From the NCBI GenBank assembly GCA_964615975.1, contig CAZTTH010000017.1:2139-66138 (forward strand): 64,000 nt of DNA, read 5' to 3'. The DNA comes from an uncultured Lentisphaerales bacterium (GTDB taxonomy: Bacteria; Verrucomicrobiota; Lentisphaeria; JABSQK01; JAJFLO01). The notes under the pieces were generated by a model. It saw only the letters and a program-made list of their open reading frames with translations. It was not told where the DNA came from and ran no database searches. Below, in pieces: positions 9,401 through 16,867 of this stretch; the stretch's first letter is position 1; every line of letters begins with the position of its first letter. Made by a program: the position numbers and the translations under genes.

Positions 9401-9544
9401 ATCCGTGGCGGCAATGTTATCAATGGGTATCTCAATAGTCCGACATCTGCGAACGCGCAGTTCAATAATGGTTGGTATGACACCGGCAAGCTCGGCATGA
9501 TCGATGAAGATGGCTTCCTTTATTTATTCACCAAGCAAGATTAA
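6467..9544 (+). CDS. Fusion protein: LplT-like MFS lysophospholipid transporter + PlsC-type acyltransferase + Aas-like AMP-binding domain. The AMP-binding domain appears degenerate and C-terminally short
   Basis: The N-terminal ~400 aa has 12 predicted TM helices and an MFS-like 'GILADRYSKQRV'. The middle has the acyltransferase HX4D motif 'LLVSNHVSWVDG' and 'FAEGMITRTG'. The C-terminal part has adenylation-like blocks: 'FGISESGSMI' (A5-like) and 'GWYDTGKLGMIDEDGFLYLF' (A7-like). The protein stops straight after 'TKQD', so no A8-A10 region is present. The P-loop position reads 'MMSDNEPFQTEV' instead of 'TSGSxGxPKG'. Confidence 0.65.
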   Translation: MSSPPLPHAIRWLNAAQFFTALNINIFKFILIFYLIEIQGEAQAKTITATIGIVFVMPFILFSHLAGILADRYSKQRVIMLTKMSEVFIMMLGIAAYANGSIPGLYAVMFCMSLQNTLFSPAKFGIIPELVPPEQLSGANAVLGSFTFIAIIAGTTLSSTLQHYFKETPNLSVSICVLIAAGAYLSGRNITKTPAKDPQRRFSIWFLWEIFKTVREASRDRQLITAILGCSYFWLIGAYIQANIIPYGIEVFSFSSEKSAYLFLITAFGIATGSLLAGKLSGRNIEFGIVPVGSIGMAAMCYLLSQLNSNQLLFAIVALFIMGASAGLFIIPLAAFIQYRSPDQRRGEFQAATNFLNFGGILLASLLILIFTQYFKLSAQGGFAAMGLLTLILTAIAICLLPDFLVRFIMVFMTRVFYRITVRGLENVPLHGPALLVSNHVSWVDGLAILSTGQRRIRFIMQKEIYHKRWLYPLARLMRMIPISARDSPKEIVAALAQGRVALEEGYLVCIFAEGMITRTGNLAGFQKGYRQIVKHLDVPIIPVYIGGAWGSIFSYSRGKLLAVWPQQIPYPIAIHFGSPSAPHTTPHELRLAVMNLAVDYFSALPYVNQTLAQAYIPVARHHWNRPVLTLTADQKPSVLTHGRLLSRALAAAEDFQMRLRHHRVVGIHSSSVSDTMIYNLAISILGKTSVNLIGNSTVDQLTTQIQHCGVTAILCSTSRHPALFKLKNLNLLVITPPGNSNSSSTEKYLITGIKARYIPPPFWVKSVTASDQHFAAIMMSDNEPFQTEVIPLTDHNILVNITSINQLIQGDEHAHILCHRHGLPSFNLILNLWYPLLTGACLTIHDLTNDNWPEGPGTDRSTITMIITNPAYLAHTENISRETFPGLKFIVIVTPHPLNEAQQAVLAKSTIPVLTAFGISESGSMIAMNVPDQQIDKVDQIGVKADSMGHPLPGVAVRIVAPDTGDLLPPSQQGRIQIRGGNVINGYLNSPTSANAQFNNGWYDTGKLGMIDEDGFLYLFTKQD

Positions 9545-9689
9545 CCGGTGATAGATTATTTCCTTCATGATGAAGTAAATTGGAATGTAAAAAAAACGTT
9601 GTAGTATATGACCTGGTTCTCGCAGTTCAGAGGCAGTTTTCTGGTAATCGAAACTGACGTTTAACTCATAAGAACTGTGATATCTATTT

Positions 9690-10259
9690 ATGACCTATTA
9701 CCTTCAAAAATTACGACCGCATTTAACCATGAAAAGCCCAACCGGGCTGTTCATGGGGATTGTTGTCCTCGCCCTTCTTTTATTGACATTTGTCAGTCAG
9801 ATCGATAAAAAATACTTGCTCTATGTTGACATATTCACGGCGAAAACCTGTGCTGCCTGGACCGATCTAATCGGCATGAAGATAGTTGCCCAATCCAATA
9901 AACTTTCCATCACCATGGCTGGAATTACCAAGGACATCATCATCGGCTGGGGGTGCGACGGCTTGGAAGCGTATTTAATCCTGATCAGCGCCATCCTGCC
10001 TTTTCCCTGTAAATGGCGCTACAAATGGATTGGACTTCTGGGGGGATTGTGCTTTGTGTTTGTCATGAATCAAATTCGCCTCATCGGCTTGATATACATT
10101 CTCTTTAATCTCAAGGATGTCAGTCAATTTGGCTTTTATCATACTGGTGTGGGGCAGATTTTTGCCTTGGTGATGATCTTCGGATTTTGGATGATATGGG
10201 TGAACAAAACTTTCGCCATGAATCAGTCTTCCGGCCGGCCAGCGCCAGCAAGAGGATAG
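9690..10259 (+). CDS. Small exosortase/archaeosortase-family polytopic membrane protein (putative)
   Basis: There are about 5 predicted TM helices. A candidate active-site Cys lies in 'IIIGWGCDGLEAY'. A TM-embedded 'VMNQIRLIGL' fits the Asn/Arg pair characteristic of exosortases. It lies next to glycan-locus genes. Confidence 0.4.
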   Translation: MTYYLQKLRPHLTMKSPTGLFMGIVVLALLLLTFVSQIDKKYLLYVDIFTAKTCAAWTDLIGMKIVAQSNKLSITMAGITKDIIIGWGCDGLEAYLILISAILPFPCKWRYKWIGLLGGLCFVFVMNQIRLIGLIYILFNLKDVSQFGFYHTGVGQIFALVMIFGFWMIWVNKTFAMNQSSGRPAPARG

Positions 10260-10308
10260 GAACTCATGCCAATATCGGGATTATTAAAGCTGAAAATAGA
10301 ATTACCCA

Positions 10309-10995
10309 ATGCAAACCAATGATGTGGAATTCTGGTCGTTTCTTCCTTCCATCACGCATTTTTTTCTGCGCATCATCCGGCTGTCCGTGGCTTTGGTCAT
10401 ATCCATGCAGATATTTAACCATTTCGACGCGGGCGATTTCTTCCGGCGATTTTACCGAGAAACTAATGCCTGGATATCACGGTTGGTTATTGCACCCGAA
10501 GTGGTTTCCACAATTGAGAAGAGTGCGGATTTCCCCAGGCAAAAAACTGTTAAAATTATCACCAAACAACCCCTGATCAGAGCTCATTTAAGAGGCGATT
10601 TTTATTTCAATATTCTTATTCCCGGTCACCTTCTGCTGTTGTTTTCCCTGCGTCCATGGAGACGAACTGTGACACGTTTGGTAATAGCCACATTGGTGAT
10701 CATATTATTTGACGGAGTTCTTACCTATGTTCATGGGGTGGTTCATCAAAACCAAATCGCCCAAACAAACGCCACTAGAGAAGGAATAAATTTATCCATG
10801 GAAATAGTATTAACCCTGCTCAATTTCTACATCTTGCCCATAGTGGCGTTGGGAGCAGCCTGTCTGATTGTAAGCGTTCTGCCCAACAAGTGGATGGAGC
10901 CTCAGCCGGTGAGTGATTCCCAAAAAGTGCTTACACGCAATCAGCCGTGCCCCTGTGGCAGTAATAAGAAGTACAAACATTGCTGCGGACATTAA
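10309..10995 (+). CDS. Polytopic membrane protein with a C-terminal SEC-C metal-binding motif
   Basis: The C-terminus 'NQPCPCGSNKKYKHCCGH' is the SecA-C-terminal-type Zn motif. Hydrophobic segments are visible, e.g. 'LVIATLVIILFDGVL' and 'LPIVALGAACLIVSVL'. The start codon is uncertain. Confidence 0.45.
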   Translation: MQTNDVEFWSFLPSITHFFLRIIRLSVALVISMQIFNHFDAGDFFRRFYRETNAWISRLVIAPEVVSTIEKSADFPRQKTVKIITKQPLIRAHLRGDFYFNILIPGHLLLLFSLRPWRRTVTRLVIATLVIILFDGVLTYVHGVVHQNQIAQTNATREGINLSMEIVLTLLNFYILPIVALGAACLIVSVLPNKWMEPQPVSDSQKVLTRNQPCPCGSNKKYKHCCGH

Positions 10996-11020
10996 TCATC
11001 GGAATTCAGTATAAAATCAG

Positions 11021-12277
11021 ATGAAATACCTTCGCCTTATAATCTTGTGGACATTCACCATCCTGACTCCATTCACCTGGATATCCACCGCATCGGTGCA
11101 GGCCCCAGATCGCATCAGTATAGATCATAGACTACCCCAAGAGACGATCAATCGACTTGATACTATCGCGCGGCGATGTGAGCGGGAAATAAAACAATTG
11201 CTGCTGAACCGCGATGCCAATATTCCCATTCAATTCAATGCCCGGCACGTATCTCCGGTACTGCCGCAAAACCCTATGATCGTGGATGTCGGCGCCGCCC
11301 TGGATACAGATGAATTTGTCCTGAGGATGATCCGTGGTCTGTTGGTGCGCCGGATGACAGAACTGTCAACGTTGGATTATTCCTCAATTCCAGAAGCGCC
11401 CGAATGGGTGGTCGCAGGCTTGTATCATCGCATTCTCTCGCAGAACAATCCGGGAGTAAAGAGTATGATTTTTCCCCTGTGTCAGGCGCTCATTGAAAGT
11501 GATAGCGTGCCGAACATGTTCACTCTGATCAATTCACCGGTATCGGCCCATTATCCGCAGGAATACCGGATTTATAGTGAATTGTGTGATGGGATTCTGA
11601 GAATCATCGAATTGCAAATGCCGGCCGATTTTATGGCCAGTTATTTAGAGAAATTATCCACTGGCTCTAATCCATCCACCACCGTCATCCTCGATCAGTT
11701 GAGTGCGCTGATACCCGAGCCGGATCTGCAACACTGGTATGAATCGCAGTTGCGTGATATTGCCTTTACATTCTTCAGCCCGTGTTCACCAATCGAAGTC
11801 GCGCGACAATTGCGGGGAATGATCACTCTTTCGGTGATCGGTAAAGACGAATGGCACATGATCACTGCGGTCCCCATACCGATTGAAGATCTCGATCACT
11901 ATGTCGCTGACAATAAAATCGGCGCCAATGACATCAGTGAAATTCTCACCCGTTTGATCTCCCTGACTAATAAAAGTCCACAAAGTCTATCAACCGCACT
12001 GATGTTATATCGGCAGTCCTTGGAGAAGCTGATCTCCGGACCGCTCAGCGCCTACGCCGGAATTATAAATCAGGCGAATGCCGAATTTGCCGCGGGGATG
12101 AAAAGAGGTTTGGAGATTGCCGCTTATCTCGATCGCATAGAGGAGGAACAAAAACTTGATTTGCCTATCCTGCAAAATCTCCTCAAAACACGGCAAAATT
12201 CCCGGCAGCGTTACCAACTCGAAAAACAACAACAAATCAATTCTTATCTCGATGAGTTTGAAAAAAACTTGCCATGA
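11021..12277 (+). CDS. Secreted hypothetical protein
   Basis: N-terminal signal peptide 'MKYLRLIILWTFTILTPFTWISTASVQA'. I recognise no catalytic motif. Confidence 0.5.
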   Translation: MKYLRLIILWTFTILTPFTWISTASVQAPDRISIDHRLPQETINRLDTIARRCEREIKQLLLNRDANIPIQFNARHVSPVLPQNPMIVDVGAALDTDEFVLRMIRGLLVRRMTELSTLDYSSIPEAPEWVVAGLYHRILSQNNPGVKSMIFPLCQALIESDSVPNMFTLINSPVSAHYPQEYRIYSELCDGILRIIELQMPADFMASYLEKLSTGSNPSTTVILDQLSALIPEPDLQHWYESQLRDIAFTFFSPCSPIEVARQLRGMITLSVIGKDEWHMITAVPIPIEDLDHYVADNKIGANDISEILTRLISLTNKSPQSLSTALMLYRQSLEKLISGPLSAYAGIINQANAEFAAGMKRGLEIAAYLDRIEEEQKLDLPILQNLLKTRQNSRQRYQLEKQQQINSYLDEFEKNLP

Positions 12278-12305
12278 TAAGTAAGATATATCGGATTACC
12301 TAACC

Positions 12306-12959
12306 ATGGACATCACGGAACAGGAGATCAAGACTCATCGCGACGCGATGATGGCGCAATTGCGTCGCTATGGGATCAAGGACGCGAGGGTATTAAAGGC
12401 GATGGAGCAGATTCGACGTCATTTATTTATTCTTGAAGGTGAAACGAGATTGCAACTAGCCTATGGCGATCATCCCTGTAGCATTGGGTATGGCCAAACC
12501 ATTTCTCAACCTTATATTGTTGCCTACATGACCGAATTATTGCAGGTGAAACCACATGATAAGATTTTAGAGATCGGGACCGGTTGCGGCTATCAAACTG
12601 CAATACTTGCGTCATTAGGCGCGAGCGTGTATACCATTGAAACCATTGCGGAATTGGCCCGGCAGGCCATATCGCGCCTGAAGCAGTGGGGTTATGAGAA
12701 TATACATTACCTGGTTCGCAATGGTATGGCGGGCTGGCCGGAAGAAGCGCCCTTTGAGAAAATCTTGGTGAGCTGTGCTCCCAAGACCATCCCCGATGCG
12801 TTGATTGGACAATTAATGGAGGGAGGGCGAATGGTGATACCGGTTGGTGAGAGCGATCAAAGACTTTATTTAATTACCAAAGATGACGGTATCATCACCA
12901 AGGCGAAGGATCTTCCCGTCCGCTTTGTTCCCATGATTGATACTGACATTGATAATTAG
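12306..12959 (+). CDS. pcm: Protein-L-isoaspartate O-methyltransferase
   Basis: SAM-binding 'LEIGTGCGYQTAILA', the typical Pcm length (217 aa) and 'VIPVGE' near the C-terminus. Confidence 0.85.
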   Translation: MDITEQEIKTHRDAMMAQLRRYGIKDARVLKAMEQIRRHLFILEGETRLQLAYGDHPCSIGYGQTISQPYIVAYMTELLQVKPHDKILEIGTGCGYQTAILASLGASVYTIETIAELARQAISRLKQWGYENIHYLVRNGMAGWPEEAPFEKILVSCAPKTIPDALIGQLMEGGRMVIPVGESDQRLYLITKDDGIITKAKDLPVRFVPMIDTDIDN

Positions 12960-13182
12960 TAGTGAATTTCATCATAAATACGTTTACAATCAAATCCAAT
13001 AATGGAATAGTACCCTGACCTTGATCGATATCTTACAATCCAATTGTCCATAAGAATCAGGGTGAAATCTTCTCTCCTTAAAGGGAACTTTGATACCCCA
13101 TTGAAGAATGACAAAATTGAATTCAACCATGTTCTCACGTACAAAGTTGTGAAATCCAATCCAAGGACAAGCTATAACGGCT

Positions 13183-14124
13183 ATGAAATTATCCATCGTC
13201 ATCCCGCTGTACAATGAAGAAGAGAATGTCGAGCGGCTTTTTCATGGGTTACTGCCGGAAGCCGACAAGCTGGGCATTGATTATGAAATCCTTATTGTCA
13301 ATGATGGCTCAAATGATCGATCTCAGGAAAATCTGGCAGCCATCGCGCGTGAACATAAGCATGTGAAAATCATTGAATTTAGCCGCAACCGCGGTCAGAC
13401 CGCGGCATTGATGGCGGGGTTTGATTATTCCAGCGGGGAGGTCATCGTCACCATGGATGCGGACAACCAAAATGATCCTGCGGATATTTCGCTACTGCTG
13501 GAGAAAATTAATGAGGGTTATGGAGTTGTCAGCGGTTGGCGCAAGGAACGAAAAGATGATTTTATCACGCGCACACTGCCATCCACCATCGCCAACTATT
13601 TAATTTCGGTCATTAGCGGGGTTAAACTTCATGATTTCGGCTGTACCCTTAAGGCTTATCGGAAAGAAGTCCTTCGCGACACGCGGCTATATGGCGAAAT
13701 GCATCGGTTCGTGCCGATTTACGCGGCCTGGCAAGGCGCAAAAATAACCGAAATCATTGTCCGCCATCATCCCCGCATCGGCGGCAAGTCGAAATATGGC
13801 ATCATGCGTACTTTCAACGTGATTCTGGATTTGATGTTAATCCGTTTCCTGGACCGGCATCTGGAAAAGCCGATTCACCTGTTTGGGGGGTTTGGAATAA
13901 TGAATATCGGATTGGCATTTCTTACCTTTATCATCATGCTGTACTTCAAATTTTGGGGCGATAAAAGTTTTATCAGGACGCCCCTGCCAGCCGTGGCAAT
14001 CTTATTCATGTTCATGGGGGTTACCAGTTTTATGCTTGGCATCCTCGCGGAAATCTTGATCCGCATCTACTACGAGTCACAAGACAAGAAATCGTATCCG
14101 ATCAGACAGATTATAAACGAATGA
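13183..14124 (+). CDS. GT2-family polyprenyl-phosphate glycosyltransferase (GtrB/DPM1/ArnC-like) with a C-terminal TM anchor
   Basis: 'LSIVIPLYNEEENV', the DXD motif 'VTMDADNQNDP' and 'GFDYSSG'. There are two C-terminal TM helices, as in GtrB. Confidence 0.85.
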   Translation: MKLSIVIPLYNEEENVERLFHGLLPEADKLGIDYEILIVNDGSNDRSQENLAAIAREHKHVKIIEFSRNRGQTAALMAGFDYSSGEVIVTMDADNQNDPADISLLLEKINEGYGVVSGWRKERKDDFITRTLPSTIANYLISVISGVKLHDFGCTLKAYRKEVLRDTRLYGEMHRFVPIYAAWQGAKITEIIVRHHPRIGGKSKYGIMRTFNVILDLMLIRFLDRHLEKPIHLFGGFGIMNIGLAFLTFIIMLYFKFWGDKSFIRTPLPAVAILFMFMGVTSFMLGILAEILIRIYYESQDKKSYPIRQIINE

Positions 14125-14146
14125 TTTTGATTTGCTTGATGACACA

Positions 14147-14177
14147 AAGCGAGTGGTTTGCCACTCGCTTTTTTATT
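14147..14177 (+). terminator. Rho-independent terminator after the GT2 gene
   Basis: Stem 'AAGCGAGTGG' (14147-14156), loop 'TTTG' (14157-14160), stem 'CCACTCGCTT' (14161-14170) and a T-run 'TTTTATTT' (14171-14178). Confidence 0.6.
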
Positions 14178-14251
14178 TAACTCATGCCGGCTTAATCAAG
14201 TAACATGAGTGGAATTTAGGTAGTAGAGTATGGAAAATCGAAGGGTTTAAA

Positions 14252-16843
14252 ATGCCGGTGTCTTCAATTCCTCAAATCTTAATCAGAATATTCGGCTATC
14301 TGGTAGTAGTTTTCATTTTTTTCTCCTATCCCATTGCCTTAATTCCAGCATCTGTAGCCGGTGCATCGTACTATCTTGAACTTTCTGGATTGTACGTTTT
14401 GACCATTTTTTCCCTGGTGTTGATTGCTTCGATAAAATTCAGTATTTCCCGTTACCAATTCTACTGTCTGATTATCTATGTCAGTTTCATCATATTTCAT
14501 TTTTTTAATCAAATTGATCAATCAAAGTTGGTCATTAATTTCCTGGGCTATCTGATCATCCCCATTGCTTTTTGTGTCTATTGTCAATGGAGAAATATTC
14601 CAGCGTACAAATTTGATCAAATTGGCGGGATATTTTGGAGTGTATTAACGTTTTATGGAGCAGTTAATCTGCTTCAGGGACATGAAGTGATTGGAATTAC
14701 CGGCAATAGAAATTGGATGGCAATCTGCCTGCTCTCCAGTACTCCATGGGCGATTCGATTTTTCGCTGAATTCTTCCGGAATCGTTTAGAATGTCGTAGA
14801 TCCTGCCTTGCGCTAGTGATATTAATTATATTAATTCCCACCACTGTATTATTATTCTATTGTCAATCTCGCGCAGCATGGCTGGCATTAATTTTGTATT
14901 TATTATGGCGATGTTTTATCAAAATTAATGCATTAAAACGACTTATGATGGTGTTAACTTTCCTGATAATATTCGTCCTGACGGTTGTTTTTTTTCGCCC
15001 ATTTTGGTTAAAAACGATCAATGAGGATATTCGCATTCCGACGTGGAAAAGTACCTTAAAATTAATCTCAGATCACCCTATGATTGGTGCTGGACCTGGC
15101 AACTATAATAAGCTGCATGCGCCATATCGTTCGGAATCAGACTATTATCTTCGTGATGTCGCCACGGATCTGACCCTTCACCCGCATAATGAATTTCTCA
15201 ATCTAGCGGCCAACCTGGGTGTGGGAGCGGCGTTAGCCTGGCTGGTGTTTCTGATTCCATTAATCAAGGATTTTCGCAGAGAATCGATCACTCTGCAAAT
15301 GGCACAGTTTTCTGCCTTTGTATTGTATTTGCATGGCATGCTGGACAAGCCATTGGTGCAACCGCCCGCACAAATTTTAGCCCTATGCGGTCTGGGATTA
15401 TGTTTGACTCCCTCACTCAATGTCGCGGGGTGTTATTCATGGGTAAATCGTAGCGATAAATTCATGAAGATCATCTATGGTTTATTATTTTCTGGCATTT
15501 TGATTTTGGTGTTGATCACCATAAAAAAAGATATTGTCTGGGGATGGAATTATCGTCTGGCTGCGGTTTACGCCAATTATCGCGAATACGAAAATTCACT
15601 TCATTATTATCAAAGAATGATCGATATTGCACCCCATGATATCCGTGGTTATTATGGAGCCGGAACAATTGCCCTGCAAAAATTGTTCCGGCCTGACTGG
15701 GCCATTCATTATCTTGAGCATGCCGCGGTTATCGATGAGAACTTTGCCCATTTGAATCGCTTATTGGGAAAGGCGCATGGGACCCTAAAGGAGTATTCCC
15801 AGGCACAATTTTTCTTCGAACGCGAAAACAAACTATATCCCAACGATATCTTAGCTCATCAGAATCTTTTATTTGCCACTGCTAAAGCTGGTGACGATAC
15901 ACGATTCAGTGAAGTAGATCAGCTGTTAAAATCACTCTATCTGGAGAGGACTAAACGCAAACTCACGATCAATGGAGCTGTCACTTTAGCAAAGCAATTG
16001 GATAATTCTCTGGCGAATGAGGATATGGCAGAATCAATTAACCTGGCTAAAAAGTTGTGTCAATCTTTTGATCATCTAATTCTTGATCCTTTTGCCGGGG
16101 AAATCCTTGATTCGAACCTTTGGCCCGTGGAATATCTATATGCTGACTTCAACGCGGATGATGCCAGATATTGGCTGGAAGTGGTCTTTCGAGAACAAAT
16201 TTTAGCCGAGATTTTCAGGGACTACGACCCCTTGAATCTCTCTTCTTTGTCCCCACAATATATTTATGAATATTTGAAAAGAAATATTGCCATAAACCTG
16301 TCACATAACGACTATGAATCTCCGATGAATATATGGAAAAGCAAAGAAGGTAGCTCATTGAGCTTTTGCGCCTTATATGCATGGCTCAACCGCCGTCTAG
16401 GTTGCATAACCTTGATCTTGCCGCTGTCATCAGCTTCTCCCACCTATATCCCCTTGACCTTGGAGAATGATCACCTGGTGTGTTACTCATTTGCAGAGAA
16501 ATTATCCATCAAGTTCCCCTTTACTGATTTGCAGATCGACACCGATAAGAATTATCACAGTAAAACCCAGCAATCCAATCAGGATATAATTCAGTCCATT
16601 TTAATAAAATCAAAATTATTTTTTTTCCCCCAGGAATTTTTATTAAAAAACCAAATTTTGAGCCTATTAAGCACGCAATTGAATCCCACTATCAGTTATG
16701 ATTTCGCTACCCTTCCCGCGCGCGAATTGTTGGCAATAAAATCTCTTTTTGAGACCTTGGGATATCCGGTGAATTTTAATCAAATGGTAATTAGAGAGTC
16801 TCTCGATATAAAGCCGGATAACAGGCACAATGAACCGCAGTAA
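14252..16843 (+). CDS. O-antigen-ligase(Wzy_C)-domain membrane protein with a C-terminal TPR-like region (paralogue 1)
   Basis: There are more than 10 TM helices. 'CQSRAAWLALILYLLW' and 'HPHNEFLNLAANLGVGAA' are the Wzy_C / O-antigen-ligase core motifs. TPR-like text ('YANYREYENSLHYYQRMIDIAP') lies 3' of it. Residues 'FFPQEFLLKNQI' are shared with paralogue 2. Confidence 0.65.
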   Translation: MPVSSIPQILIRIFGYLVVVFIFFSYPIALIPASVAGASYYLELSGLYVLTIFSLVLIASIKFSISRYQFYCLIIYVSFIIFHFFNQIDQSKLVINFLGYLIIPIAFCVYCQWRNIPAYKFDQIGGIFWSVLTFYGAVNLLQGHEVIGITGNRNWMAICLLSSTPWAIRFFAEFFRNRLECRRSCLALVILIILIPTTVLLFYCQSRAAWLALILYLLWRCFIKINALKRLMMVLTFLIIFVLTVVFFRPFWLKTINEDIRIPTWKSTLKLISDHPMIGAGPGNYNKLHAPYRSESDYYLRDVATDLTLHPHNEFLNLAANLGVGAALAWLVFLIPLIKDFRRESITLQMAQFSAFVLYLHGMLDKPLVQPPAQILALCGLGLCLTPSLNVAGCYSWVNRSDKFMKIIYGLLFSGILILVLITIKKDIVWGWNYRLAAVYANYREYENSLHYYQRMIDIAPHDIRGYYGAGTIALQKLFRPDWAIHYLEHAAVIDENFAHLNRLLGKAHGTLKEYSQAQFFFERENKLYPNDILAHQNLLFATAKAGDDTRFSEVDQLLKSLYLERTKRKLTINGAVTLAKQLDNSLANEDMAESINLAKKLCQSFDHLILDPFAGEILDSNLWPVEYLYADFNADDARYWLEVVFREQILAEIFRDYDPLNLSSLSPQYIYEYLKRNIAINLSHNDYESPMNIWKSKEGSSLSFCALYAWLNRRLGCITLILPLSSASPTYIPLTLENDHLVCYSFAEKLSIKFPFTDLQIDTDKNYHSKTQQSNQDIIQSILIKSKLFFFPQEFLLKNQILSLLSTQLNPTISYDFATLPARELLAIKSLFETLGYPVNFNQMVIRESLDIKPDNRHNEPQ

Positions 16844-16867
16844 TTTTATCCTGAATCATTTGTTGTC

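Noticed and set aside
10187-10576. 129 aa ORF overlapping both the exosortase-like gene and the SEC-C membrane protein gene
   Set aside because: It is in an alternative frame and overlaps two better-supported ORFs. It has no motif.
9690-10995. The possibility that the 189 aa exosortase-like ORF and the following SEC-C membrane ORF are one frameshifted full-length exosortase
   Set aside because: The second ORF shows no exosortase C-terminal or EpsI-like features. Its SEC-C terminus is a distinct module. The two are separated by a clean stop and a 49 bp gap in different frames. I could not exclude a frameshift, but I do not adopt it.
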